Source: an uncultured virus (IMG/VR IMGVR_UViG_3300025671_000040)
Taxonomy: Duplodnaviria > Heunggongvirae > Uroviricota > Caudoviricetes
Direction: 5' to 3' (one strand)
Virus record (IMG/VR): IMGVR_UViG_3300025671_000040
DNA: 59,926 nt
Shown here: positions 35,917-44,730 of the stretch, one piece after another
Layout: each line of letters opens with the position of its first letter
Numbering within the stretch: the first letter of the stretch is position 1
The notes under the pieces: model-generated
Seen by the model: only the letters and a program-made list of their open reading frames with translations
What the model was told of the DNA's origin: nothing
The model's database searches: none
Translations under genes and position numbers: made by a program

Positions 35917-36297
35917 CTATCCATTTCCATTCATCTCGTCAATAATAGACTGTAGGCGTTCGGCTTCACTGCCCCAGTCAACCTTCACCCCCGAAACGCC
36001 ACGTTCCAGCAGATCGTCTAAATGCTCTCTACCTAGCTCATCTTCAAGCCATCTCGCCCAAACCAGCGGGTTTTTAGACTGCTTCCAATGGCACGACGCA
36101 CACAAGGCAACCGCATTCTTTTCATCAGTCCTAGTAGCCGAGATAGACCGACTGATTATATGAGCGCACTGTATCTGCTTGCCGTCATCTTTGTGAACCC
36201 CGCACCAGCGACAGCGAAACCCATCACGAGTCCTCACAAGTAGACTGTGTAACTTTGTGGCTTTAGCTTTAGCCGCTGTCCCGTAATTGGCAGCCAT
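35917..36297 (-). CDS. ninG: NinG/Rap-like HNH recombination endonuclease
   Basis: VRTRD..CRWCG..QCAHIISR...TRTDEKNAVALCASCH. Confidence 0.75.
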   Translation of the reverse strand: MAANYGTAAKAKATKLHSLLVRTRDGFRCRWCGVHKDDGKQIQCAHIISRSISATRTDEKNAVALCASCHWKQSKNPLVWARWLEDELGREHLDDLLERGVSGVKVDWGSEAERLQSIIDEMNGNG

Positions 36298-36298
36298 C

Positions 36299-37198
36299 TC
36301 ACAAAGGAATGTTTTGATTGATTGGGAAGAACCATCCACCGTCCTGATACTGGTACCCTTGTGGCATATCGGGACGATGATTCACACCTGAATAGTGGAG
36401 AATTGCTGTCTCTCTCCACAAGTCTGGATTGTTTGGAATTGCGCCTCGATGCATCAAGCGTGCATGCCAAATTAATACATCACCCTTCTTGGCGATAAAC
36501 TTTTCAGTCGAAAGGTTGCCACGATGTAAGATGTCTTCAAACATGGGAGTAAGGAAGCGCTCCGAGTACTTAGGCCAGTTAGGATCATCTCGCTCATGAG
36601 GCTCTAACCTAGACTTTGTTGCATCTTGCGTAATAACCGGAAGAACATGACTACCCGGAACATACTCAAATGGGCCAGCATCTTCATGCACATCATCCAA
36701 TGCAACCCACACAGCCAAGTAATGATCCTTATTCGTGTCAGGATTCAAATACCCGTCTTGGTGCCAGTTCCGTTCTGTGGACTTCCAACCAGTCAAGTTC
36801 AAATGAATACCCATCTGATCGCCAATAAGATGCTCAAGGATATTACTTAATGGAGCATAGGTAGCGATATTCATTAGACTTTCTACCTGAAAGTAAGCAC
36901 ACTCGCCAGGGTAGCCCAAAGGACGATCATGGTTGACACGATTATGCTGAATCCAGTCTTGACGGTATGCTTCAATCATGTCGTCGGGAATCAACGAGTC
37001 AACAATTACAACACCGTTATGCCTCCATCCCTTCTGGATATCAGAAAGAAACGATTCGTTAACTTCCTCTCTATCTAAAAATGGAAGATCGCTATCAGCG
37101 AACCCTCCAGATAGGCTGTTGATTTCGTCTAGTAGATCGGGATGCTCAGTTAGAGCTGAACCAATAAGGTTCTGCAGGAGTTCCGTTTTTCCAGGCAT
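36299..37198 (-). CDS. Phytanoyl-CoA dioxygenase (PhyH) family 2OG-Fe(II) oxygenase
   Basis: WHQD, VWVALDDVHEDAGPFEYVPGSH, KGDVLIWHARLMHRG. Confidence 0.88.
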   Translation of the reverse strand: MPGKTELLQNLIGSALTEHPDLLDEINSLSGGFADSDLPFLDREEVNESFLSDIQKGWRHNGVVIVDSLIPDDMIEAYRQDWIQHNRVNHDRPLGYPGECAYFQVESLMNIATYAPLSNILEHLIGDQMGIHLNLTGWKSTERNWHQDGYLNPDTNKDHYLAVWVALDDVHEDAGPFEYVPGSHVLPVITQDATKSRLEPHERDDPNWPKYSERFLTPMFEDILHRGNLSTEKFIAKKGDVLIWHARLMHRGAIPNNPDLWRETAILHYSGVNHRPDMPQGYQYQDGGWFFPINQNIPL

Positions 37199-37622
37199 TT
37201 CTTACCCTTTCTGCTTCGAGGAAATGCGACATTTTGTTTGACGTGCTTTTTAAATGAAGGCCAAGCATTTCAGAAATTAAAGGTTCTGTAGTTATTCTAC
37301 TGTGACATGGCCTGCACACAGCCAGTAGATTCTCATACTCCAAGATGCTTCCGCCTTGTGACCTATTCACAAGTTCGTGAATGTCTTTACTTTTATTATG
37401 CTTAACGAAAAGAGAATCACTATTGCCGGTCTGATAATCGTAAGAAGCCCACACCAAACAAGCTTCACAATGCGGGCGTTCAGACAGAAGTTGCTTAACA
37501 ATGCTTCGACGGCCCACATACTTTTCCGACATCTTATCGGAACGCTTCTTTAAAGGAGTTCTCTTCAACTGACTACTACCACGCTTCAACGGTGTTCTCT
37601 TTAGAGGCTTACCTCGCTTCAT
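37146..37622 (-). CDS. HNH endonuclease with basic N-terminal repeats
   Basis: CEAC..DIHELVNRSQGG..NLLAVCRPCH; KRTPLK repeats. Confidence 0.8.
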   Translation of the reverse strand: MKRGKPLKRTPLKRGSSQLKRTPLKKRSDKMSEKYVGRRSIVKQLLSERPHCEACLVWASYDYQTGNSDSLFVKHNKSKDIHELVNRSQGGSILEYENLLAVCRPCHSRITTEPLISEMLGLHLKSTSNKMSHFLEAERVRNAWKNGTPAEPYWFSSN

Positions 37623-38716
37623 CTCGCACGCTTCACTAGGTTCTTGATCGTCTTGATAAGACGAGTCGCCCCAATTTTTACATCAAATTTCTTGACCCGC
37701 TTCCAATTCAAATCTGAAATTTCTTGTCGATAATCAACGTCTTGGTACTTCTTTAAAAGCTTTACGAAATCCTTCGGGTCACGAGCAATCTCACCGATGC
37801 CGTGCTCTTCCGCTAGCTCTTCATACTGGGGTGACCAAGAAGCAACAAATGGAACGCCGCCACAAGCATACTCCAGACCTTTGATATAAGACTTGGCATG
37901 GTTGAAAGGAATGTTTGTAAGCGGCACGATCCCTACATCAAAGAGGAACCCCTTCTCCAGCTCATAAGGAGCTAAGAAGGGATGGGTCGTCACACAGCCC
38001 GCACTAACTTTAATTTCCTTATGGAACAAAGGAATATTAGGAGCCTGCATGTGTCCAGTGTGATGCCACGTAGCAAACTTGCTAATAGCATCTGAATAAG
38101 GCTGAAGAATCTCCAAATCACCGCTTCTATGAGCAGTGGACCCCATCCACCCTACAACCATCTTACCGCTATGTATTTCATGAATGCGACGAGTGGTGTA
38201 CTTTGAACGATTCACATAGTTACCATGCAGCATAGTATTTGGATTCCACTCCTTCATTTTTTGATGAAGAAATGGAGTAGACGTAATGATTCCGTCACAC
38301 TGCTCCAAAATGTTCTTATACCACAAAACGTTTTCGCTCTTGTTCACCTCAGGATCTGACGCCGACTTGGCCTGATTCTTATCACTAAGACCCCAGTACC
38401 AGTCATCTACATCATTCAAAATGATCTGACCTGCAGCCTGCGCACGTTTCATGTCAGGAAGCACCTGCATGTGCATGTAACGTTGCATAACAATCACATC
38501 ACAATCAAATGAGTCAACACCATCCCACGAATGAACACCGAACGTTCCGGTCAACTTGTTCTGTGCCAAAATGCCAATCACGACATTATAACCAGCTTCA
38601 CGCAAAGGCTTAATGTACTGACCGATGCGAATAAAACCAGAACCGCCAATCACGGGATGACCCATAGCATCCGTAGCACTACGAGACCAGTCGTTCGTAG
38701 CAAACCCAATCTTCAT
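37619..38716 (-). CDS. Glycosyltransferase (GT-B, GT4-like)
   Basis: IVMQR..DVDDWYW, VGWMGSTAHRSGDL, DVGIVPL..FNHAKSYIKGLEYACGGVPFVAS. Confidence 0.85.
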   Translation of the reverse strand: MKIGFATNDWSRSATDAMGHPVIGGSGFIRIGQYIKPLREAGYNVVIGILAQNKLTGTFGVHSWDGVDSFDCDVIVMQRYMHMQVLPDMKRAQAAGQIILNDVDDWYWGLSDKNQAKSASDPEVNKSENVLWYKNILEQCDGIITSTPFLHQKMKEWNPNTMLHGNYVNRSKYTTRRIHEIHSGKMVVGWMGSTAHRSGDLEILQPYSDAISKFATWHHTGHMQAPNIPLFHKEIKVSAGCVTTHPFLAPYELEKGFLFDVGIVPLTNIPFNHAKSYIKGLEYACGGVPFVASWSPQYEELAEEHGIGEIARDPKDFVKLLKKYQDVDYRQEISDLNWKRVKKFDVKIGATRLIKTIKNLVKRAR

Positions 38717-39174
38717 TAGAAACCCCAAACCCCGTCTAAAGCTTTATACAAGCAATCATCGCCTTCTGAATTAACCATGTCGTTATCTATATGCCACTGC
38801 TTGTGGGCTACAATTGCATTTCGCAAAAACGTGGCAAGCGACAGTTCAGGGTCGGCTTCTTCTCCGAGGGTAAGCAACCTGTCTACTTCGACCAAACGCT
38901 TTTCCGCATAAAACCGAAACCGTGCTGCTTTGTAGCGCTGTTCTTCTAACCCCGCAGCAGGGTCGATCGTGAAGGTAGTATATGTTCCACGAAGGCGAGA
39001 AATCTCTTCGTCTAGACTTGCGATCTTTGCAGTGACCGTCTCAACGATAGTGATTAGTGCATCTCTCCATTTTACCTGATTCTCTGGGAGGCGAAGAAAA
39101 TCTTTATCCTGCTGAGAAGCGTTGTTCTTGATGTCTTCAGACACCAACATTGCAAAGTTATCGGTCTGCGACAT
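38716..39174 (-). CDS. Hypothetical protein
   Basis: 152-aa ORF with TAATG overlap. Confidence 0.7.
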   Translation of the reverse strand: MSQTDNFAMLVSEDIKNNASQQDKDFLRLPENQVKWRDALITIVETVTAKIASLDEEISRLRGTYTTFTIDPAAGLEEQRYKAARFRFYAEKRLVEVDRLLTLGEEADPELSLATFLRNAIVAHKQWHIDNDMVNSEGDDCLYKALDGVWGF

Positions 39175-39177
39175 GAC

Positions 39178-39972
39178 TCAGATGCCTCCAAACTCAGGAC
39201 AGATATGCTGATAATCACACCAGTTGCAAAGAGGGCCAGTCCGGGTTTCAAACTCGCCCGACTCACACATGGACTTTACTTGATCCCATGTGTTACGAAC
39301 CTCAACACGAACAGCGTTCTCAAGCTCTTCGTCTACATCATACCGTGCAAACTGGCCAGATTTGACATAAAGCAACTCTGCACGTTTAACGTCCATACCT
39401 GTCATCTCTTTGAGAAGAATGCTGTAGATCGTGATCTGCATCTTCTTCTCCCACTCGTACTGCTTGCGAGGCTTCTTACCTGTCTTGTAATCCGAGATTA
39501 CTAGCTTGCCGTCCTCAATCGTGTAACGGTCAATGATGCCAAAGATGGGTACACCGTCAATATCGCCGTCCATCTTGGCTTCAATGCCTTCAGCGTCAAA
39601 CTTCGTGGGATCTTCCATACCGAAGTAGTTTTCGATGCACCACCACGCCTTCCACTTGAAGTTGTTGGGATCATCGTCACGGTCATCTAATCCAAAATAC
39701 TCATCAGCCCACTTCGACTCCCACAAGCTCTTCGCAAGGCTGCTCGCAGCTTTTTCCGTCCGCTCTTCCGCAGGAAGCTTAAATAACTCCTCTAGCACCT
39801 CATGCACAAAAGAGCCAAGGACTTGAGGTTCTGTGGAAACACTTGGGAGTTTGTCTAGCTTGGCATACTTGTACTTCAGAGGACACTGCTGAAAGGTACT
39901 AATCGAACTTGGCGACATATACTTCGGGAACTCATAAGGTACCGGATCAATCGGTAGAGGACTCTGCATCAT
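39178..39972 (-). CDS. PD-(D/E)XK RecB/AddB/Cas4-like exonuclease with 4-Cys Fe-S motif
   Basis: SPSSISTFQQCP, GSFVHEVLE, GIIDR, ISDYKTGK, LCNWCDYQHIC. Confidence 0.9.
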   Translation of the reverse strand: MMQSPLPIDPVPYEFPKYMSPSSISTFQQCPLKYKYAKLDKLPSVSTEPQVLGSFVHEVLEELFKLPAEERTEKAASSLAKSLWESKWADEYFGLDDRDDDPNNFKWKAWWCIENYFGMEDPTKFDAEGIEAKMDGDIDGVPIFGIIDRYTIEDGKLVISDYKTGKKPRKQYEWEKKMQITIYSILLKEMTGMDVKRAELLYVKSGQFARYDVDEELENAVRVEVRNTWDQVKSMCESGEFETRTGPLCNWCDYQHICPEFGGI

Positions 39973-40610
39973 TGTGCTTCAGCGTTACGTAGCGACTTTA
40001 CAAAAACCAAAATCTTCTGAAGAAGATCGTTGGTGACGTTTTCGTTCACAAACTCTTTGCCTTCCGAAATGGTCGCCCAATATTCCTTGCACTTTGCAGC
40101 ATGTTCCTGATCTAGTGAGTTAAGAAGTTCTCGTAGCTTTGTAAAATGCTCTTCCGCCACAGGCTGATCAGACATCTCTTCAACGTATTCGAGATTCATT
40201 GCCTCTTCAGAACGTGCGAGATAAATGCCGACGCCGAGATGCTGCGCCGCTTTCTTGAGGGCGTCGGAAACGGCACCTTTCATTTCGTCGCCCAGATCAA
40301 CAATGTCTCCAGCCCGTGTGCGCTTAATCTTCTGCCCACCGATGCCGTCCTTGACGACGGTAAGGGCAGGAGCGCTGTCTGTGGGAACAAACGTGGTCGT
40401 CAGACGGACATGAGCCACAATATAGTCAGGGTCTAGTGAGTCTCTCGCACAAGAGACAACCTCATACGACCACATGTCTACACCCAGTACCTTGTTTAGG
40501 CGCGTGATGACTTCACTAACCGGGATGTATGTTAGAGAAGCGCCGCCCTTCTTTAGCTGGCGCTCAACTTCTCGCGGAAAAGGCTCCGACAATGCTTGCA
40601 AAATACTCAC
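39969..40610 (-). CDS. Rad52/Rad22-family single-strand annealing protein
   Basis: LTYIPVSEVITRLNKVLG..WSYEV; KGAVSDALKKAAQHLGVGIYL. Confidence 0.85.
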   Translation of the reverse strand: MSILQALSEPFPREVERQLKKGGASLTYIPVSEVITRLNKVLGVDMWSYEVVSCARDSLDPDYIVAHVRLTTTFVPTDSAPALTVVKDGIGGQKIKRTRAGDIVDLGDEMKGAVSDALKKAAQHLGVGIYLARSEEAMNLEYVEEMSDQPVAEEHFTKLRELLNSLDQEHAAKCKEYWATISEGKEFVNENVTNDLLQKILVFVKSLRNAEAQ

Positions 40611-41125
40611 TTATCTCTCCTAATAACTAGACTCTTCTTCGGTTCTCCAACTTCGCAGTAGTCGTCTGCGTCAATGTGGAGATCTTTCAAGTTACCGACC
40701 TTCCAATAAGAAACACCCATGTACTCCATAGCGTGCTGAATCATTTCCTGCGACGACATGGTAATTTCGCCGGTCTCCATATCCACACTCTTATCAACGA
40801 TCCGGCGACTAACTTCGTTCATCAGCGCCTTATGATCCCACGTTTTGCGAGCAGAACCAGACTTAATCTCTACCGTGCCCCCATCAACGGTCACGGGAGT
40901 TGGTAGACTGCCAATCTTTTCAGTCAGCATAGACTGAAGCTCATTAAACAACTCAGTAGCGTACGACTTAACTAGGTGAGCGTCGCTAGCAAGCTGCATC
41001 ATCTCTTCAACAGATGCGTAATCCAAGTTTGAGATGCCACCCATCTCTCGGATGTCGCTCTCAAAACTTCGCAATGCCGTGAAAGCTTCTTGCAGTGAGT
41101 GCGTCGGATTCTCTAATACAGACAT
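40607..41125 (-). CDS. Hypothetical protein of the recombination operon
   Basis: 172-aa ORF with SD AAGGA. Confidence 0.7.
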   Translation of the reverse strand: MSVLENPTHSLQEAFTALRSFESDIREMGGISNLDYASVEEMMQLASDAHLVKSYATELFNELQSMLTEKIGSLPTPVTVDGGTVEIKSGSARKTWDHKALMNEVSRRIVDKSVDMETGEITMSSQEMIQHAMEYMGVSYWKVGNLKDLHIDADDYCEVGEPKKSLVIRRDK

Positions 41126-41136
41126 TATGTTTCCTT

Positions 41137-41176
41137 AGTAAATAGTAACAAGCCTAAGTAAATAGTAACAAGCCTA
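41137..41176. repeat. Perfect 20-bp tandem duplication, intergenic
   Basis: agtaaatagtaacaagccta x2. Confidence 0.9.
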
Positions 41177-41178
41177 TT

Positions 41179-41571
41179 TTAGTCTTCTTCCAAGAGCTTG
41201 TCAATCAAAATGTCAATGTTGGTGGTCTCTGTAGGGGCATCTTCTGCAAGTATCAAAGCATCAATAATGTTTTCTAAAGCTTCAATCAATAACTCTTTAG
41301 AACGTTCACGAACATACTCTTTTTGATCGACTTGGTTGGGTTCTAGCTCATCAAGCTCCCGAATGATGTCCGAAACAATTTTTGAATCAAACTCTGAATT
41401 TAAAAACTCGTCAGCAAGACCAATCAGCATGTAATCTTCGTCCCACAACAACACTTTGTAATCTTTGCTATCAAGAGTAACAGCTTTGCTGACAACAAAC
41501 TGGATTCTGGTGCCGCTGCGTTCAAGCACGGCTAAAGTATCGTGGGAAATAGCCTCGTCATCCAGCATCAT
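41179..41571 (-). CDS. Acidic hypothetical protein
   Basis: 130-aa ORF overlapping the whiB end. Confidence 0.65.
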   Translation of the reverse strand: MMLDDEAISHDTLAVLERSGTRIQFVVSKAVTLDSKDYKVLLWDEDYMLIGLADEFLNSEFDSKIVSDIIRELDELEPNQVDQKEYVRERSKELLIEALENIIDALILAEDAPTETTNIDILIDKLLEED

Positions 41572-41794
41572 GTTCCACCAGCCTTGCTAACTCCGGTCCT
41601 GTTTTACCTCCCCAAACACCGATGGTAATTCCTTCTGAAACCGCAAACTTCAGACACTCAGAACGATTATCGCATTCAGAATTACATACCTTGACAGCAA
41701 GACGCCGATTCGAGGACTTACTTGAGAAAAATAAACGATCTTGCCCAGAACACGGAGAATTTTTGAACCAATACGGTGACTTAACTGAAAACAT
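41558..41794 (-). CDS. whiB: WhiB-family transcriptional regulator
   Basis: W...PC...LFF..A.KVCNSEC...ECL.FA...GVWGG; SD GGAG. Confidence 0.88.
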   Translation of the reverse strand: MFSVKSPYWFKNSPCSGQDRLFFSSKSSNRRLAVKVCNSECDNRSECLKFAVSEGITIGVWGGKTGPELARLVEHDAG

Positions 41795-41865
41795 TCGACT
41801 CCTTTTCGATCAGTAACAAAAATATTATAAATGTTTCGTGTCAAGCAAACCAGAAGAAACGTGGC

Positions 41866-41894
41866 TTGACCGACACCAACCAGAACGGTAGGCT
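41866..41894 (+). promoter_or_regulatory. Sigma-A promoter reading into a ~420-nt largely non-coding region
   Basis: TTGACC-17-TAGGCT. Confidence 0.6.
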
Positions 41895-41900
41895 ACCTGC

Positions 41901-42320
41901 AAACTACAGAAGGAGCCTCACGCCACAAGACTGACGCCGGGAAATCCCGATGACATAAACGTTCACTACAGGACCGGTGGGTTACACTCGTTACGCAACT
42001 GGTACTAACACTTAAGAAAAAGAGGGCACGCCTGCCCAAAGAGGAACGATATGGATCACACGATAAACTGGAACCCCGTACCTGCTAGTACGCCAGTCCC
42101 TGCACGTAGAACATCAAGCCTTGAGGAACAGGTTCGGAACAAGCAAACGCCCATGCGGTTCCGGCACACGGGCTACTAGAGCCATATCTAGGGAGAGTGG
42201 GCATCGCTGAAAAAATAGGCGGTGCTTGGGGTCGATGCAGTGAACAGACCTGAGAATGAAGATACGGGTTCGCCTATGCCGTTTGTGAGTAGCAGCAACT
42301 ACCACACGAACGGGAGGGAC
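41901..42320 (+). ncRNA. Candidate structured non-coding RNA
   Basis: Own promoter, several hairpins, no convincing long ORF, and the next gene has a separate promoter. Confidence 0.35.
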
Positions 42321-42324
42321 CTTA

Positions 42325-42353
42325 TTGCCTAAATACAGCCCCCAGGATACAAT
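42325..42353 (+). promoter_or_regulatory. Sigma-A promoter, leaderless, for the glycan-modification cassette
   Basis: TTGCCT-17-TACAAT-6-ATG(42360). Confidence 0.7.
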
Positions 42354-42359
42354 AAGACC

Positions 42360-42854
42360 ATGCAGACTAAGCAAGAACTCGAAAACTGGTACGAAGACAG
42401 TGACCCCTGGAACTACCAGCAAGACCCCGAAGATCTTTACCGTAAGAACTTCTATATGGCCGTCCTAGAAGACGTAGGCCCAGTCTTTAGCCGAGCACTT
42501 GATATTGGGGCTGGAGAAGGCTGGATAACCAAGGACCTTCCAGCGATCGAAAAGCACGCTTTTGAAATAAGCGACGCTGCTGCCAAGCGTCTTCCTGACG
42601 GGGTAGAACGGGTAACAGAAATCGACAGCAAGTACGATCTGGTTATTGCTACAGGTGTTCTCTACGAGCAGTATGATCATGCGGCGATGGCTAACTTGAT
42701 TCATGAAGCAGCGTCCGACACGCACGAAACGTTGGTCATGATTGCCGGAATCAAAAGCTGGTTGAAACCTTACAACTTTGGCACCCGCATACGTCACTTT
42801 GAAATTCAGTACCGTGAATACTTACATGTAATTGATATTTGGGAGTACCGATGA
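42360..42854 (+). CDS. NodS-like SAM-dependent methyltransferase
   Basis: YEDSDPWNY..RK; RALDIGAGEG; EISDAA; YDLVIATGVLY. Confidence 0.75.
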   Translation: MQTKQELENWYEDSDPWNYQQDPEDLYRKNFYMAVLEDVGPVFSRALDIGAGEGWITKDLPAIEKHAFEISDAAAKRLPDGVERVTEIDSKYDLVIATGVLYEQYDHAAMANLIHEAASDTHETLVMIAGIKSWLKPYNFGTRIRHFEIQYREYLHVIDIWEYR

Positions 42855-43372
42855 GACTTGCCCACAACATTGGGACAGAAAAGCACTCTAACTATCACAC
42901 ACGGGAGCAAATCCTGGCGTGCGGTGAACCGATCGGTTTCGACGGCGTATACTTAAACGTTTTTGAAAACCAAGACATTTTAGAAGGCAAGTCAGGGATC
43001 ATGTTCGTAATGGGAAACGAAATGGGGAAAGATAACACTTTCGACCTAGAACATGTACCAAAGCTAGAGAGGTACTGCACACTATCTCAAGTGAAGCAGT
43101 TGTGTTCTTTGTACAACTTTGAGATTGGTTGGCATACGTGGTCGCATAGAGACTTGACGAAGCTTTCCGATCGAGATATCATCAAAGAAATTACCGCACC
43201 CTTTCCTACAAAATATTTGAGGTATCCTTACGGCGAGTACGATGACAGAGTTGTAGCCCTTGTGAAAGCTGCAGGCTATGAGAAAGCGTATTCCGTAACG
43301 CAGGGTGTCCGTAACGAATTTGCTGAAGACGCCGATTACAAAATTTACAGTGACTATGTATCGTTCGACTAG
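42851..43372 (+). CDS. Polysaccharide deacetylase (CE4/NodB-like)
   Basis: GFDG, EIGWHTWSHRDLTKL, LRYPYGEYD; ATGA overlap. Confidence 0.82.
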   Translation: MRLAHNIGTEKHSNYHTREQILACGEPIGFDGVYLNVFENQDILEGKSGIMFVMGNEMGKDNTFDLEHVPKLERYCTLSQVKQLCSLYNFEIGWHTWSHRDLTKLSDRDIIKEITAPFPTKYLRYPYGEYDDRVVALVKAAGYEKAYSVTQGVRNEFAEDADYKIYSDYVSFD

Positions 43373-44105
43373 GTTAAACGAATTATACGAAAAGGGTGAA
43401 TTATACGAAAAGGGTATTGTCAAAATCCCTTCTGTGTTCACGCCCGCAGAGTGCGATGCTATTAAGAGCGCAGCGTATGCTGTTTCAGATGAGCAGATAC
43501 AATCATCCGGCTATCCCCACGTTCCTAGCGAACAGGCACACAACAAAAAGTCATTAATCTTCTTTCCGGCATTAGCTAGCGATTACTTAAACTCTATCCG
43601 CATTGACCCGAGAATGGTATCGCTTGTAAAAGAGCTTTTAGGTCGGAACGTTAGACAAATCAACAATCAAGTTTACTTCAGGGAAGCCGGAGACAAAGAT
43701 ACTTTTGCTTGGCATAGAGATACGATCTTCCGCGAAAGCTCACAGTTTGCAAAGACGGTGGAAACTGATTACTTACAAACCGTTATTGCCGTAGATGACA
43801 TAACAGAGACTAACGGGGCCGTGGAGTTTATAGAAGGCTCACATCTTTGGCCGGAGTTTGATCGCCCACCAGACTTACGTCAGTTTGAGCGCGGAAACCT
43901 TTCAGGAACTAAGTACACGGCAAATAAAGGTGACGTGCTAATCTGGTCAGTAAAAATTGTTCACGGCAGCGAGGCTAATGTTTCAGATAGTCCAAGAATG
44001 ACGTACATGAACGGCTTCTGTAAATCTGATAGTGTAAAAGACTACCCTGACTATCTGTCAGATGGAAGTGTTGTAGAACAAATCGACCCAACTAGGATTC
44101 CCTAA
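43356..44105 (+). CDS. PhyH-family 2OG-Fe(II) dioxygenase
   Basis: WHRD, IAVDDITETNGAVEFIEGSH, KGDVLIWS..VHGSEAN.S..PR. Confidence 0.88.
   Translation: MYRSTRLNELYEKGELYEKGIVKIPSVFTPAECDAIKSAAYAVSDEQIQSSGYPHVPSEQAHNKKSLIFFPALASDYLNSIRIDPRMVSLVKELLGRNVRQINNQVYFREAGDKDTFAWHRDTIFRESSQFAKTVETDYLQTVIAVDDITETNGAVEFIEGSHLWPEFDRPPDLRQFERGNLSGTKYTANKGDVLIWSVKIVHGSEANVSDSPRMTYMNGFCKSDSVKDYPDYLSDGSVVEQIDPTRIP
43380..43415 (+). repeat. Perfect 18-bp in-frame duplication (ELYEKG x2)
   Basis: gaattatacgaaaagggt x2. Confidence 0.9.
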
Positions 44106-44106
44106 T

Positions 44107-44727
44107 ATGTTAACTGTAGTAATCGCATCATATTATTATGGGCACTTAGCCGCTCATTGTATCGAAAGCATTCTGTCCCAGACAGTTCAGCCTGCAAAGA
44201 TCCTATTTGTAGACGACGGCGTAGGCGACTGCAAGCACCTGCCCGCTGTTTACCCTGAAGTCGAATACACCCTACGAGAGAAAAACCTCGGCACCGTAGA
44301 CAACTTTCAAGACATGTTGATGAAAGTAGACACCGAATACACCATGTTCATCGGTGCAGACAACTGGCTACGTTCAGACGCAGTGGAAACATTACTGAAG
44401 CAAGATACAGATATTGTCACGTATCACATTATGGTGACTGGTGAACACAAGATGGGTCATCGAGACGCAAAGCTTCCAGATGTTATGAGACAAGGAGATG
44501 TCTACTGGCGGTGGGAAGGTCACCACGGATCAATGATGTATCGTACATCTATCGGTCAAGAAGCAGGCTACGTGGCACACGAGCAGTTCGCTGTAGGCAA
44601 CGCCGCATGTGAAGATTGGGCGCTGTGGGACAGGATGCTAGCCCTCGGGGCTACGGTATCAAATGTGCCTGAACCTCTACTGTATTACCGCAGGCACCGA
44701 GAAAACTTTATCGACTGCAAAATTTAA
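44107..44727 (+). CDS. Glycosyltransferase family 2 (GT-A)
   Basis: LTVVIASYYYG..CIESILSQT..FVDDG; GADNW; CEDWALW; PEPLLYYRRH. Confidence 0.88.
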   Translation: MLTVVIASYYYGHLAAHCIESILSQTVQPAKILFVDDGVGDCKHLPAVYPEVEYTLREKNLGTVDNFQDMLMKVDTEYTMFIGADNWLRSDAVETLLKQDTDIVTYHIMVTGEHKMGHRDAKLPDVMRQGDVYWRWEGHHGSMMYRTSIGQEAGYVAHEQFAVGNAACEDWALWDRMLALGATVSNVPEPLLYYRRHRENFIDCKI

Positions 44728-44730
44728 CTG

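Noticed and set aside
39178..39972. Cas4 as evidence of CRISPR-Cas
   Set aside because: Solo RecB/Cas4-like nuclease coupled to a Rad52-like gene, a standard phage recombination pair.
42276..42316. Resemblance of the terminal hairpin to group II intron domain V
   Set aside because: The triad would be UGC rather than AGC/CGC, and there is no domain VI, GUGYG 5' end, RT gene or interrupted gene.
42114..42422. 102-aa minus-strand ORF across the candidate ncRNA
   Set aside because: No motif, overlaps the methyltransferase antisense and runs against both local promoters.
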